From Candidatus Marinacidobacterales bacterium (GTDB lineage Bacteria; Acidobacteriota; Vicinamibacteria; Marinacidobacterales; SMYC01): a stretch of DNA of 64,000 nt. The position numbers and the translations under genes were made by a program. The stretch spans positions 1,120,001-1,184,000 of the forward strand of contig CBDCYI010000004.1 of the NCBI GenBank assembly GCA_965224085.1. The letters run 5' to 3'. Positions 49,428 through 59,505 of this stretch are shown here, piece after piece; the stretch's first letter is position 1; every line of letters starts with the position of its first letter. The notes under the pieces are model-generated. The model did no database searches. It saw only the letters and a list, made by a program, of their open reading frames with translations, and had not been told where the DNA came from.

Positions 49428-50582
49428 GTGCCCCCCGAGGAAGCTTTACTTCCGAATATTTCAATCGCCAAGCGAACGTGTTTTGGCCTTCTCCTCGTGG
49501 CGTTGATCGCAGCGACAACGCTGCTCGTTGTTGAAGTTCTCCTTCGAACCATCAAATCCCACGAGCACAGTTTCGAAGGAACATTGCTCGTGCCACTCGT
49601 TCGCCGACTAGAGGCTCCACCTCGCCTTTCCTGGTGGGAACGACGTTTCCTCGAAAATTACAAAAAGGGCGTCAGCGACATGGTGTTTCGATACAACAAA
49701 GGACTGCACCGGTCGCACCCGACCCGCGGATGGACGCCAAAACCGAACATGAAGACGGGAACAGGCCTTCGATACACAACCAACAGTCATGGTTGGCGCT
49801 CTCTCTATGAGTTCAAGAATGATCCTGAAACGTATCAGGTGATAATAGTCGGTGATTCATTCACTTTTGGTGATGAAGTTGACGACTCGGACACTTGGCC
49901 TCATCTTCTCCAACAGCTGGACGAGAGGCTGAATGTCATGAATATGGGCGTCACCGGGTACGGTATTGATCAGATGTATCTCACGCTGTCCGAGGCCACG
50001 GAAGAGTTTGCCCCAAAGTTGATTATTGCCGCCTTTATCGGCGACGATCTCAACCGATCGCTTCTCGATTTCCGAGACTACAAGAAGCCGCGCTTCGTTC
50101 TCGACAAAAACGGTGAGCTCGAGCTCACGAATATACCGATAGGAAGTCCGGCCGAGGTCTATCAGGAACTTCAACAAAGACACCATCGTTCGACATCAGA
50201 GCTCATCAACTTGTCGAGATCGGCCGGCCGCTCGAGAGAGGTTGTCGATGAAGAGCCGTCATCGTGGTTTTTCTTGAACGAACGTTTGTTGGCTGGTATG
50301 GAACAGATCGCACGAAAGCAGGATGCGGAGTTTCTGATGCTGTATCTTCCCAGCGGTCCGGAGCTCGTCGATCCAGGCTCGAGAACCCCTGGCGAGCGTT
50401 TTTTTCAGCAGTACCAAAAGACACATGGGAACTTGTTCTTGACTCCCCGCCAAGCGTTTTTGGAGGCCCCGTTCAAAAAATCTGAAGAACACTATAAGCC
50501 CAACGAAACAAAGTTGATCAGTCAGTTGGTTTACACGTTCATTCGGGGGTTGCCGTCATGGCAACGGTTCGAGAATTTCTAG
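49428..50582 (+). CDS. SGNH/GDSL hydrolase-like protein with N-terminal TM anchor
   Basis: IIVGDSFTFG, NMGVTGYGIDQ; start uncertain; lower GC. Confidence 0.8.
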   Translation: MPPEEALLPNISIAKRTCFGLLLVALIAATTLLVVEVLLRTIKSHEHSFEGTLLVPLVRRLEAPPRLSWWERRFLENYKKGVSDMVFRYNKGLHRSHPTRGWTPKPNMKTGTGLRYTTNSHGWRSLYEFKNDPETYQVIIVGDSFTFGDEVDDSDTWPHLLQQLDERLNVMNMGVTGYGIDQMYLTLSEATEEFAPKLIIAAFIGDDLNRSLLDFRDYKKPRFVLDKNGELELTNIPIGSPAEVYQELQQRHHRSTSELINLSRSAGRSREVVDEEPSSWFFLNERLLAGMEQIARKQDAEFLMLYLPSGPELVDPGSRTPGERFFQQYQKTHGNLFLTPRQAFLEAPFKKSEEHYKPNETKLISQLVYTFIRGLPSWQRFENF

Positions 50583-50602
50583 ACGGTAGGTCGAAAGGAG
50601 TC

Positions 50603-53600
50603 ATGATGAGCTCACGTCGCTTCGCTTGGGTTATCGCTCACCGGAGGGTGGGTCCCGTTTCCATTCTTTTAGTAGCAGTCCTTCTCTTCGGTGGAGTCTT
50701 TGTGGCCACACTCGAGGCCCAGGCGACTGAAAGCCCGCGTTCCGACAAAGTCCTGGACTCTGCCATCCTCAAAAACCTGACGTGGCGCGGTATCGGCCCG
50801 GCCGTTCCAAGCGGGCGGGTGAACGATTTCGCCGTGGTCGAGAGCAATACCCACATCATCTACGCGGCGACGGCGACCGGTGGAGCCTGGAAGACGATCA
50901 ACAACGGCACGACGTGGGAGGCGGTGTTCGACAGCGAACGAACCAGCGCCCTCGGGGCGATTGCGGTGGCGCCCTCCAATCCGAACGTCGTTTGGGTGGG
51001 AACGGGTGAGTCGTGGGGAGCGCGCCTGTCGGCCTACGGTGATGGGGTGTACCGGTCCGAAGACGGCGGCAAGACCTGGCAGCACATGGGTCTCGAGCAA
51101 ACGCGCTACATCGGTCGGATTCTCATCCACCCGGAAGACGCGGAGACCGTTTACGTGGCAGCCCTTGGCTCTTTGTGGGGGCCCAACGACCAACGCGGGC
51201 TGTTCAAGACGACGGATGGAGGAAAGAGCTGGACCCACGCACTCTCCGTCAACAAGCACACCGGCGTTGTCGATGTGGCGATGGACCCCGAAAACCCCGA
51301 CCTGCTATACGCCGCGACGTATCAGAGGGAGCGACGAGCCTGGAACTTCGTCGGCGGTGGAGAGGAGTCAGGCATCTTCAAGACCTCCGATGGCGGTGAG
51401 AGCTGGCAGGAGCGAACGGCCGGACTCCCCCAGGGTGACATTGGTCGGATTGCTCTTTCGATTTGTCGCTCCAAGCCCAACGTCGTCTACGCGGCGGTCG
51501 AGGCGGTCGACGCGGAAAGCGGTGTTTACCGCTCGTCGGACTACGGAGCAAGCTGGGAGCTGCGCACCAACGATTTCTCCACGCGCTCTGACTTCGGCCA
51601 GATCCGCTGCGATCCCAATGACCCTGAGCGGATCTACCTGCTCCACGTCAGGCTCTTTCTCTCCGAGGATGGCGGCAAAAGCTTCCGCCGCGACGTCTTC
51701 GGCCCCAGTGCCCATGCGGACTGGCGCGGCTTCTGGATCGATCCCGGCGATTCGAACCACCTCATCGTCGGCAACGACGGGGGCGTTTATTTCTCCTATG
51801 ACCGCGGGCGTACTTGGGACTTTCAGAGCAACATTCCGGTGTCTCAATTCTATGCCGTCAGCGTCGATCTGCAGGAGCCCTTCTACAACATTTACGGAGG
51901 GCTCCAGGACAACGGCACGTTTGGAGGGCCGAGCGGCACCCGCCACGTCGCCGGCATCACCAACGCCGACTGGTTTCGAACCGCCGGGGGTGACGGCTTC
52001 TACACTCAGGTCGATCCTTCCGACCCAACCGTGGTCTATTGTGAATCGCAATATGGAGTGCTGTACCGGTTCGACACGCGGACCGGAGAGCGCCGCTCCA
52101 TCCAGCCGCTGCCGCCTGATGGGGAGGTGTATCGCTGGAACTGGAGCTCACCGCTCCGAATCTCCCGATACGATTCCAACACCCTCTACTTCGCGGCCAA
52201 CGTCGTTTTTCGCAGCCGGGACCGGGGTGACTCCTGGGAGGTGATAAGCCCCGATCTGACCCTTCGCCTCGACCCTTATGAGTTGCCCATCATGGGCAAG
52301 GTTTGGCCGAGCAACTCGGTGGCTTACCACCAGGGCACGGCTGACCTTGGCAACGTCGCCTCTCTCTCCGAGTCTCCTCTCGAGAGAGGACTTCTCGCGG
52401 TGGGAACCGACGATGGTCTCGTTCATGTGACTCGCGACGACGGGCGCACCTGGGAGAAGTTCGATCGGTTCCCTGGAGTGCCGGAGCGGACCTGGGTGAC
52501 CCGGGTCCTTTTGTCGGCTCACGACGAAGAGACCCTCTACGCAACGTTTGCCGGCCACCGGGACAACGATTTTCGTCCGTACGTGGTCAAGAGTACCGAT
52601 CTCGGCAAAAATTGGGAGCCGATCACGGGTAATTTGCCGGACCTGGGCACCCTCCGCGTCATCCTCGAGCACCCTTCTAACCCCAACCTGCTTTTTGTAG
52701 GCACCGAGCTCGGCGTCTTCGTGTCCATCTCCGGGGGCGGTCACTGGGTTCCCCTCCGGAACAACCTGCCGACCGTGCTGGTGCATGACCTGCTCGTTCA
52801 CCCGCGCAAGAACGATCTCGTGGTGGCGACCTACGGTCGCGGGCTATGGATTCTCGATGACCTTGCGATACTCGAGGAGATGACCCCTGAGGTGCTCGAG
52901 GGTAGCAGTCATCTCGCTCGCATTCGGCCGGCCACCGAGTTGCACCGCTACGATCGCCACTGGGGCTCCGAAGGCCATCGTTTGTTCGCTGCACCAAACC
53001 CACCGGACGGGGCGATCATCACTTACTACATCAATCCCGATGCCATGAGTTCGGAAGAGGCGCCCAGGGTGCAGCTCGATATCCTCGACGCGAAGGATCG
53101 CGTGGTGCGGAGGCTTTTACCAGTGCAGGGCTCGATTGGCGCCGGCATCCAGCGGCTGGTGTGGGACCTGCGTCATCCTTTGCCCTTTGACACCAGCGCG
53201 GACGAGCCCTCGTTTTCTCGCGGGCGACCACGAGGGCCTTTCGTCCTTCCCGGAAACTATCAGGCGCGTCTGAGCGTCGGCGACGCGACGCACGTTCAGT
53301 CAGTGAAGGTCATGGGTGACCCCCTCATTGATATTTCTTTGGAAGACCGGCGCCGCTGGCACGATACCTTGCTGACGCTGACTCAAATGGAAGCGACGGT
53401 GCGAGCGGTTGTCTCGACCGCAGGCGAAGTCAAAGAAAGAATGATGGATGTGCACGACAGCCTCGAACGGCATCTCGAGGTTCCGGAATCGCTTCGGCAC
53501 GACGTTCGGACGTTAACGGCCGAGGCGGACGAGATTCTCGGCCAAATGAGCGGGGGAGAGACACGAGGCGGGGCCGAGCAACGGAGACGAATGCCCATCG

Positions 53601-53827
53601 CGCGTCAAGTCACACGGCTCTACTCGTCCGTGGAGGCAGCGACCGCGGTGCCCACCGCCGACCAGCGTCGCCTCATCCTCGAATCCCGTGAGAAGCTGGA
53701 TGAGCAAGTGGCCAAGCTGAACCGTTTAGTCAGCGAAGCTCTGCCGGCGCTCAACGACCAGCTCACCCAACACGGTGTGTCATGGACGCCCGGTCGGCCC
53801 ATCGCGCTGCCGCTGAATACGCGATGA
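50603..53827 (+). CDS. VPS10/BNR-repeat beta-propeller protein (glycosyl hydrolase-like)
   Basis: WRGIGP..SGR, many SxDGGxxW repeats, helical C-terminus; RBS AAAGGAG before ATG 50603. Confidence 0.9.
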   Translation: MMSSRRFAWVIAHRRVGPVSILLVAVLLFGGVFVATLEAQATESPRSDKVLDSAILKNLTWRGIGPAVPSGRVNDFAVVESNTHIIYAATATGGAWKTINNGTTWEAVFDSERTSALGAIAVAPSNPNVVWVGTGESWGARLSAYGDGVYRSEDGGKTWQHMGLEQTRYIGRILIHPEDAETVYVAALGSLWGPNDQRGLFKTTDGGKSWTHALSVNKHTGVVDVAMDPENPDLLYAATYQRERRAWNFVGGGEESGIFKTSDGGESWQERTAGLPQGDIGRIALSICRSKPNVVYAAVEAVDAESGVYRSSDYGASWELRTNDFSTRSDFGQIRCDPNDPERIYLLHVRLFLSEDGGKSFRRDVFGPSAHADWRGFWIDPGDSNHLIVGNDGGVYFSYDRGRTWDFQSNIPVSQFYAVSVDLQEPFYNIYGGLQDNGTFGGPSGTRHVAGITNADWFRTAGGDGFYTQVDPSDPTVVYCESQYGVLYRFDTRTGERRSIQPLPPDGEVYRWNWSSPLRISRYDSNTLYFAANVVFRSRDRGDSWEVISPDLTLRLDPYELPIMGKVWPSNSVAYHQGTADLGNVASLSESPLERGLLAVGTDDGLVHVTRDDGRTWEKFDRFPGVPERTWVTRVLLSAHDEETLYATFAGHRDNDFRPYVVKSTDLGKNWEPITGNLPDLGTLRVILEHPSNPNLLFVGTELGVFVSISGGGHWVPLRNNLPTVLVHDLLVHPRKNDLVVATYGRGLWILDDLAILEEMTPEVLEGSSHLARIRPATELHRYDRHWGSEGHRLFAAPNPPDGAIITYYINPDAMSSEEAPRVQLDILDAKDRVVRRLLPVQGSIGAGIQRLVWDLRHPLPFDTSADEPSFSRGRPRGPFVLPGNYQARLSVGDATHVQSVKVMGDPLIDISLEDRRRWHDTLLTLTQMEATVRAVVSTAGEVKERMMDVHDSLERHLEVPESLRHDVRTLTAEADEILGQMSGGETRGGAEQRRRMPIARQVTRLYSSVEAATAVPTADQRRLILESREKLDEQVAKLNRLVSEALPALNDQLTQHGVSWTPGRPIALPLNTR

Positions 53828-55248
53828 AAGCGGTACGCACTGCCGTGCGTTGTTTGTGTGTGACGGTGCTCGTGCTCGTCTCTTCATCGTCCGCACCATC
53901 TTTGCCGGCCCAGCAACCGCCGGATGTAGAGCTCTTCTTCCGGGCGGCGAGTCGCGAAAAAGACGAAGCGGAGGCGGCGCTTAAGAAGATCGCGGAAACA
54001 TGGAAAGGCGGATACGCGAGCATGATCATCGATATCGTTCGTTTCCTACCGAGCTCTGGACAGAGACCTCTCTCCCCGACGGATAGGGCACGAGCGAGAC
54101 TTCTGAGCTTCCTCGAGAAACAAACAGGCGAGGACTTCGGTGAAGATTTCTTCGATTGGCGAAATTGGATGTGGAACCGCCCCTACGAGCCTCATCCCGA
54201 CTACTTATACTTCAAGTCGATGCTCTATCGACTTGTCGACAAGCGGATGACGGAGTTCTTTCAGCCGGGAGGTCCGACCCTGATCCGTCTCGACGAGGTG
54301 GAATGGGGCGGGGTCAAAGTGAACGGCATTCCTCCTCTCGATCACCCCGAGCATGTCCCCGCTTCAGAAGCCAGCTACCTCGACGACGGCAACATCGTTT
54401 TCGGAATCGCCCTCGATGGCGACGTGCGAGCTTATCCCAAGCGAATTCTGGCGGTTCACGAGCTCGCTCGCGACCGGGTCGGCGGGGTCGAGCTCGCCAT
54501 TGTCTACTGCACGCTTTGTGGAACCGTGATCCCTTACGAGGCCGAGGTCTCGGGGGAGCACCGCACTTTCGGAACCAGCGGACTCCTCTATCGCTCGAAC
54601 AAGCTCATGTTCGATGAGGAATCGATGAGTCTCTGGTCGACGCTCGAAGGCCGGCCGGTGATTGGCAAATTGGCGGGCCAGGACCTGGAGTTCACGTTCC
54701 GTCCGGTCGTGACGACGACCTGGAAGGAATGGCGGACCCAACACCCCGACACCGTGGTGCTATCTATCAACACCGGCGTCGAACGCGACTACTCCGAAGG
54801 CGCGGCATACCGGGATTATTTCCGGACCGACCAACTGATGTTCGGGGTCCCGAAGAGGGACAAGCGTCTCAAGAACAAAGACGAAGTGCTGACTCTCTTG
54901 CTCCGCCAGAAAGGAGCAGCCCCCGACGCCGAGCGGAAAGCTCTCGCTCTCTCGGCGAAATTCCTAAAGAAAAACCGCATCCATCACGTTTCCTTCGCCG
55001 GCTACGATCTCGTCGTCGTCACGAGCCAAAAGGGTGCAAACCGGGTCTACGACGCCTCCCACCGACGTTTTGTCAAGCAGAGGAAGGACGGCCTGCTCCA
55101 GGATACCGAAGCCAGGCGTTGGAACCTGACTGAAGACGCTCTGCTGAGCGAAGTCGCCTCGCTCGCGCCGCTGCCGCGCGTGCCGGCTCGACGGGCCTTT
55201 TGGTTCGGCTGGTACGCGCAGTTTCCCACGACGGAGCTCGTCCGCTGA
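53824..55248 (+). CDS. DUF3179 domain protein
   Basis: GIPPLD, RAYP, YCTLCGT, FGTSGLLYRSN, FWFGW; ATGA overlap with the upstream gene. Confidence 0.88.
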   Translation: MKAVRTAVRCLCVTVLVLVSSSSAPSLPAQQPPDVELFFRAASREKDEAEAALKKIAETWKGGYASMIIDIVRFLPSSGQRPLSPTDRARARLLSFLEKQTGEDFGEDFFDWRNWMWNRPYEPHPDYLYFKSMLYRLVDKRMTEFFQPGGPTLIRLDEVEWGGVKVNGIPPLDHPEHVPASEASYLDDGNIVFGIALDGDVRAYPKRILAVHELARDRVGGVELAIVYCTLCGTVIPYEAEVSGEHRTFGTSGLLYRSNKLMFDEESMSLWSTLEGRPVIGKLAGQDLEFTFRPVVTTTWKEWRTQHPDTVVLSINTGVERDYSEGAAYRDYFRTDQLMFGVPKRDKRLKNKDEVLTLLLRQKGAAPDAERKALALSAKFLKKNRIHHVSFAGYDLVVVTSQKGANRVYDASHRRFVKQRKDGLLQDTEARRWNLTEDALLSEVASLAPLPRVPARRAFWFGWYAQFPTTELVR

Positions 55249-55290
55249 TATGTGTGATGCCATGAAGGGAGGAAGGAATGACTTCATCTC

Positions 55291-55405
55291 TCTAGTGCTC
55301 GCTCACTCCTCGTTCGCTCGCTCGGCGCTCCCGTCGGCGGCCCATTCGGGCCGGGCTCGCTCCGCTCGCAGCAGGGTGCACCCGAGTTTTTTGGTACCCT
55401 GCTTG
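55291..55405 (+). repeat. Dispersed structured repeat (MITE/REP-like), copy 3
   Basis: CTAGTGCTCGCTCACTCCTC...GGCCC-ATTC-GGGCCGGGCTCGCTCCGCTCGC...GCAGGGTGC...GTACCCTGC-TTG. Confidence 0.82.
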
Positions 55406-55408
55406 TGG

Positions 55409-56824
55409 ATGGCGCTGTCTGTTGCCAGCTTGTTGGGATGCGCCGCGTCAGAGGGCCACCGAGCCGGGCAACCCGAGGAGCGACCCCTCGTCTTCACGCA
55501 TGTCACCGTCATCGACGCGACGGGGGCGCCACCGGCCGAGGACCGCACGGTGGTGGTCGCCAGGGGGAAAATCCAGTCGGTAGCTCGAAGCGGCGAGGTG
55601 AGCGTCCCCGAGAACGCAACGGTGGTGGATTCAACCGGAAAGTTCTTGATCCCCGGTCTCTGGGACATGCATGTCCACACGCGCTATCAAGGGATCGACT
55701 TCTTCGGTCTCTTCCTGGCCAACGGGATCACGGGAGTGCGGGACATGGGGGGGCCCCGGGAGCAGTTTGAAAAGCTCAAGAGCGCGAGAAGGGATGTCGA
55801 TGAGCAAAGTGCCCCGGTGCCTCGCATCGTGACCGCGGGACGGCTCCTGGCCGGCCCGGGCTCTCCGTGGTCTCACGCCGCCATCGTGGAAGGGCCCGAG
55901 GAGGGCCGGAAGCTCGTGAGGCGTTTGAAAGACGAGGGGGCGGATCTCGTCAAAGTGTCCAGCTTGCTGAGTCGGGATGCGTTCTTTGCCATCCTGGACG
56001 AGGCGAAACGGCAGGGACTTCCTTTTTCCGGACATGTCCCCGGAGCGGTGAGTGCCGCCGAAGCTTCCGACGCGGGCCAGCGCACCATCGAGCACCTGAG
56101 CGGTGTGCTGCTGGGCTGCTCACGGGAGGAAGAATCGCTGCGGCAGCGGTGGCTCGACAGCGGCTCGAGGCCGGACGGGTCCACGCTCCTCGAGACCTAC
56201 AACGAACAGAAGGCCAGCTCGCTCATCGACCGATTTGTCGCGAACGAAACGTGGCACGTGCCCACGCTTGCAAGCGCCTGGACGCGGCTCCGAGCACGGG
56301 GGGGAGACGCGCGGGTAACGGCCCGTGAGCGCCTCGACTACCTCCCCGCCCGTTACCGGGAGGCCGTCTCTTTGGGCGCGCCGTCTCGCCCCGGAGCACT
56401 CGAGTTACAACAAAGGGTCTTAGAAAAGCAACTCGAGCTCGTCGGGCAAATGCACGCGGCGGGTGTAAAGCTCCTCGCTGGGACGGATACGTACAAGCCG
56501 TTTCTCGTTCCCGGCTTCAGCCTGCACGACGAGTTGGCGCTGCTGGTCGAAGCGGGCCTTACGCCGCTCGAGGCGCTTCAAACCGCGACGCGCAATCCGG
56601 CCGAGCACCTGGGCTTGTCGGACCTGGGCACCGTGGAGGCGAGAAAGTTGGCGGACCTGGTGCTCCTCGATGCCAATCCCCTCGAGGACATTGGCAACAC
56701 GATGCAGATTGCAGCGGTCGTTTGGCGCGGCCGGATCCTGCACCGGTCGGCTCTAGAAGCTCTGCGGGACGAAACGCGGGAAGCAGCACGGAACCGCAAC
56801 GGCGAGCCCACGTCTATCCCTTGA
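55409..56824 (+). CDS. Amidohydrolase family lipoprotein; original 5' end (ATG 55278) appears cut off by the repeat
   Basis: Lipobox LLGC, PGLWDMHVH, TIEHL, LLAGTD, ADLVLLDANPL. Confidence 0.85.
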   Translation: MALSVASLLGCAASEGHRAGQPEERPLVFTHVTVIDATGAPPAEDRTVVVARGKIQSVARSGEVSVPENATVVDSTGKFLIPGLWDMHVHTRYQGIDFFGLFLANGITGVRDMGGPREQFEKLKSARRDVDEQSAPVPRIVTAGRLLAGPGSPWSHAAIVEGPEEGRKLVRRLKDEGADLVKVSSLLSRDAFFAILDEAKRQGLPFSGHVPGAVSAAEASDAGQRTIEHLSGVLLGCSREEESLRQRWLDSGSRPDGSTLLETYNEQKASSLIDRFVANETWHVPTLASAWTRLRARGGDARVTARERLDYLPARYREAVSLGAPSRPGALELQQRVLEKQLELVGQMHAAGVKLLAGTDTYKPFLVPGFSLHDELALLVEAGLTPLEALQTATRNPAEHLGLSDLGTVEARKLADLVLLDANPLEDIGNTMQIAAVVWRGRILHRSALEALRDETREAARNRNGEPTSIP

Positions 56825-56881
56825 CTTTCCAACTCTTGGCCATCTAGCATCACGCGAAACCGCTTGAGGAGGTATGGAACC

Positions 56882-57147
56882 ATGCAGATGAAGTGGGTCG
56901 TCGCCGCCCTCACCCTGCTGGCAATCATCCAGGTCCCGATGCTCGTCGGCGAAACTGTTCCCGCATCCGGCAACGAGATCTACACGCCGGCACTTTTCTC
57001 TGGTCTGTCCTATCGGGCGGTGGGGCCGTCCCGGGGAGGCCGAGTGACCGCGGTTGCCGGCCACCGGGACCAGCCGTCGACGTTGTATATGGGAGCGAGC
57101 GGAGGTGGCGTCTGGAAGACTACCGATTACGGCCACACCTGGCACCC
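56882..57147 (+). pseudogene. N-terminal fragment of a third VPS10/BNR-repeat protein
   Basis: Signal peptide, YRAVGPSRGGRVTAVAG, GGVWKTTDYGHTWHP, then abrupt loss of similarity. Confidence 0.8.
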
Positions 57148-57472
57148 GTCTTGTCCAAAAATACGAACGAGTCGAAGGGCGTCATTCCCGAAGGCGTTTT
57201 TGTCGCCCGGAAAAACTATCGATCGGCGCCTGGCTCGCGAGAGGCGATTCGCCAACCTGACCTCCGCTCCCAGGTCATCCGCTGAACGACTCGCACCGAG
57301 TTGTTATGCGGCTTCGCGGTAGTAAGTAGTTGAGCGTGCCGCCCAATCGTTTGCGACATCTCACGTTCCCGTCGAGACTGCCCACGTGCTCGTCCGGTTC
57401 GATCAACGCGTTTTCGAGACCTTATAGAGTAGCCACGGCTCCCCGACGTCCAGGGGCCGAGGAGTTGCCGGG

Positions 57473-59425
57473 ATGATGACTCACAGGCTCGAGTTCATAG
57501 CGATTCTATCGTCCTTCCTTGCGTATGGCCGTTTGCCGCTGTCCGCCGAAGAAGCCAACGCCCCCCTGCCACTCGATACGCTGCTCGAGATCCGCAGCGT
57601 GGTCGCAGACGAGACGCCGCGATGGGCTCCCGACGGCTCGAGTATCCTCTTCGCCTCCGGGTCGAGCCTGATGACGGTCCGCGCCGAGGGCGGTTCCATC
57701 CGACGACTCCCGATGGATCTCTCGGAGGCGGGGCACTTTCTCGCCTCTCACATGCCGCGCTGGTCACCCACCGGAGAGTGGGTCGCCTACGTTTCCGACC
57801 GGACCGGAACGCCGGAGATATGGCTCTGGTCGGCCAAGGATGGCAGAGAGCGAGCCCTGACCCATCATGGGGCGAGGATCAACGCGTTCAGCTGGGCCCC
57901 GGACGGAAAGTGGATTGCTTTTTCCGGGGACCGCTACGGGAGCTACGACATCTGGAAAGTGTCCGTTCCACGGGGTGAGGCCGAGCGAGTCACCTCCCAC
58001 GAGAGATACGAGGTATTCCCGTCCTGGACGCCCGACTCGAAGGAGATCCTCTACGTCCGTCTGGACGAGCGGTGGATCGACCACCACGTGATCGTGGTTC
58101 AAGCGGACGGCGAGAACGCGCGCGTGATGCTGGAGGATCGAGAGTTTTTCGACTACCGGGCCGGAGGTACATTCGGATTTCCCCTCGTTTCTCCCGACGG
58201 ACGCTCATTCCTCTACCCCTCCTTGCGAAGCGGATGGATCAACTACTGGATCGCGCCCTTGGAAGGAGGCGAATCGCGCCCCATCGCCCCGGCACAGGCG
58301 GATCAAACCGAGGCGACCTGGTCGCCCGACGGTCGGTCGCTCGCCTTCATCGAGAACCACAACGGTACGCACGAGCTGCGGCTCGTCGATCCGTCGGGAG
58401 GCTCATCGGCAACGCTGATGGCACCCGAGACGGGAGTCGTCGCCGAGCCGGCCTGGTCGCCGGATGGAGAGCACATCAGCTTCACCCTGGAGGACTTCAA
58501 TCGGCCCAAAGACCTCTACGTCGTTTCAGTCGAGTCAAAAGACATCCGTCAATTGACCTTCTCGATGCCGGAAGGAAACCTGGAAGCGCAGCTCTTGATA
58601 CCAGAAAAGATCACCTACCCGAGCTCGGACGGTATCGAGATCGCGGCCTACCTCTACAAGCCGCAAAACCTGGCGCCGGACGACAGGCTGCCCGCGATCG
58701 TCTGGACGCACGGAGGCCCTACCTCCCAGTACAACGATACCTTCAACCGCAACGCCCAGTTTTTTGCCCAGCGCGGCTACGCGGTGCTCTTGCCCAACAT
58801 TCGCGGAAGCTCCGGCTACGGTCATCGGTTCGAAAAGATGAACAATGGCTGCTGGGGGCACTGTGATCTCGAGGACGTCATCGCGGGTGTCGAGTACTTG
58901 AAGACCCTTTCGTACGTGGAGCCCGACAAGATGGGGACGACGGGCTCGAGCTATGGTGGGTTCATGACCTGTAGTGCCATCGTGTTCGCGCCGGGAGTCT
59001 TCCAGGCCGCCGTTGCCGCCTCCGGCTACTGCAATCGCGTGTCCTTTGTCGAAGAAGGGGAGCACCGGCACATTCAGCAGCTTGCCTACGAGTTAGGGTC
59101 TTTCGAGGAGAATCGAGAGCTCTATTATCGAAACTCCCCCTTCTTCTTCGTCAAGAACATCCGGACCCCCACGTTTGTCCTCCACGGAGAGGGCCGCTAT
59201 CCGGGATCCCCCCAGATGCGGGAGTTCGCGCGGATGATGCAAAAAGAGTACAAGACATTTCGCTACAAGGCTTATCCGGGCGAGAACTACTACGTCCGAG
59301 GGAAGGCAAATACCCGGGCGATGCTCACCGACATGCTCCGATTCTTCGACTTCTACCTCAAGGACAAGGATCTCGAGCTCCCCGGAGTGGGGCACATTGA
59401 GGAGCTCACGCCAGCCAGCAAGTGA
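57473..59425 (+). CDS. S9 family (prolyl oligopeptidase-like) peptidase with PD40 propeller
   Basis: WSPDG repeats, HGGP, NIRGSSGYG, GSSYGG nucleophile. Confidence 0.9.
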   Translation: MMTHRLEFIAILSSFLAYGRLPLSAEEANAPLPLDTLLEIRSVVADETPRWAPDGSSILFASGSSLMTVRAEGGSIRRLPMDLSEAGHFLASHMPRWSPTGEWVAYVSDRTGTPEIWLWSAKDGRERALTHHGARINAFSWAPDGKWIAFSGDRYGSYDIWKVSVPRGEAERVTSHERYEVFPSWTPDSKEILYVRLDERWIDHHVIVVQADGENARVMLEDREFFDYRAGGTFGFPLVSPDGRSFLYPSLRSGWINYWIAPLEGGESRPIAPAQADQTEATWSPDGRSLAFIENHNGTHELRLVDPSGGSSATLMAPETGVVAEPAWSPDGEHISFTLEDFNRPKDLYVVSVESKDIRQLTFSMPEGNLEAQLLIPEKITYPSSDGIEIAAYLYKPQNLAPDDRLPAIVWTHGGPTSQYNDTFNRNAQFFAQRGYAVLLPNIRGSSGYGHRFEKMNNGCWGHCDLEDVIAGVEYLKTLSYVEPDKMGTTGSSYGGFMTCSAIVFAPGVFQAAVAASGYCNRVSFVEEGEHRHIQQLAYELGSFEENRELYYRNSPFFFVKNIRTPTFVLHGEGRYPGSPQMREFARMMQKEYKTFRYKAYPGENYYVRGKANTRAMLTDMLRFFDFYLKDKDLELPGVGHIEELTPASK

Positions 59426-59505
59426 AACTGCGGGAGCAAGCTCGTCGCTTCCGCTCAGCACGTGAGCGACAAGGGACTGAGCTAAAGGAAAGGAGTTAAT
59501 TAACC

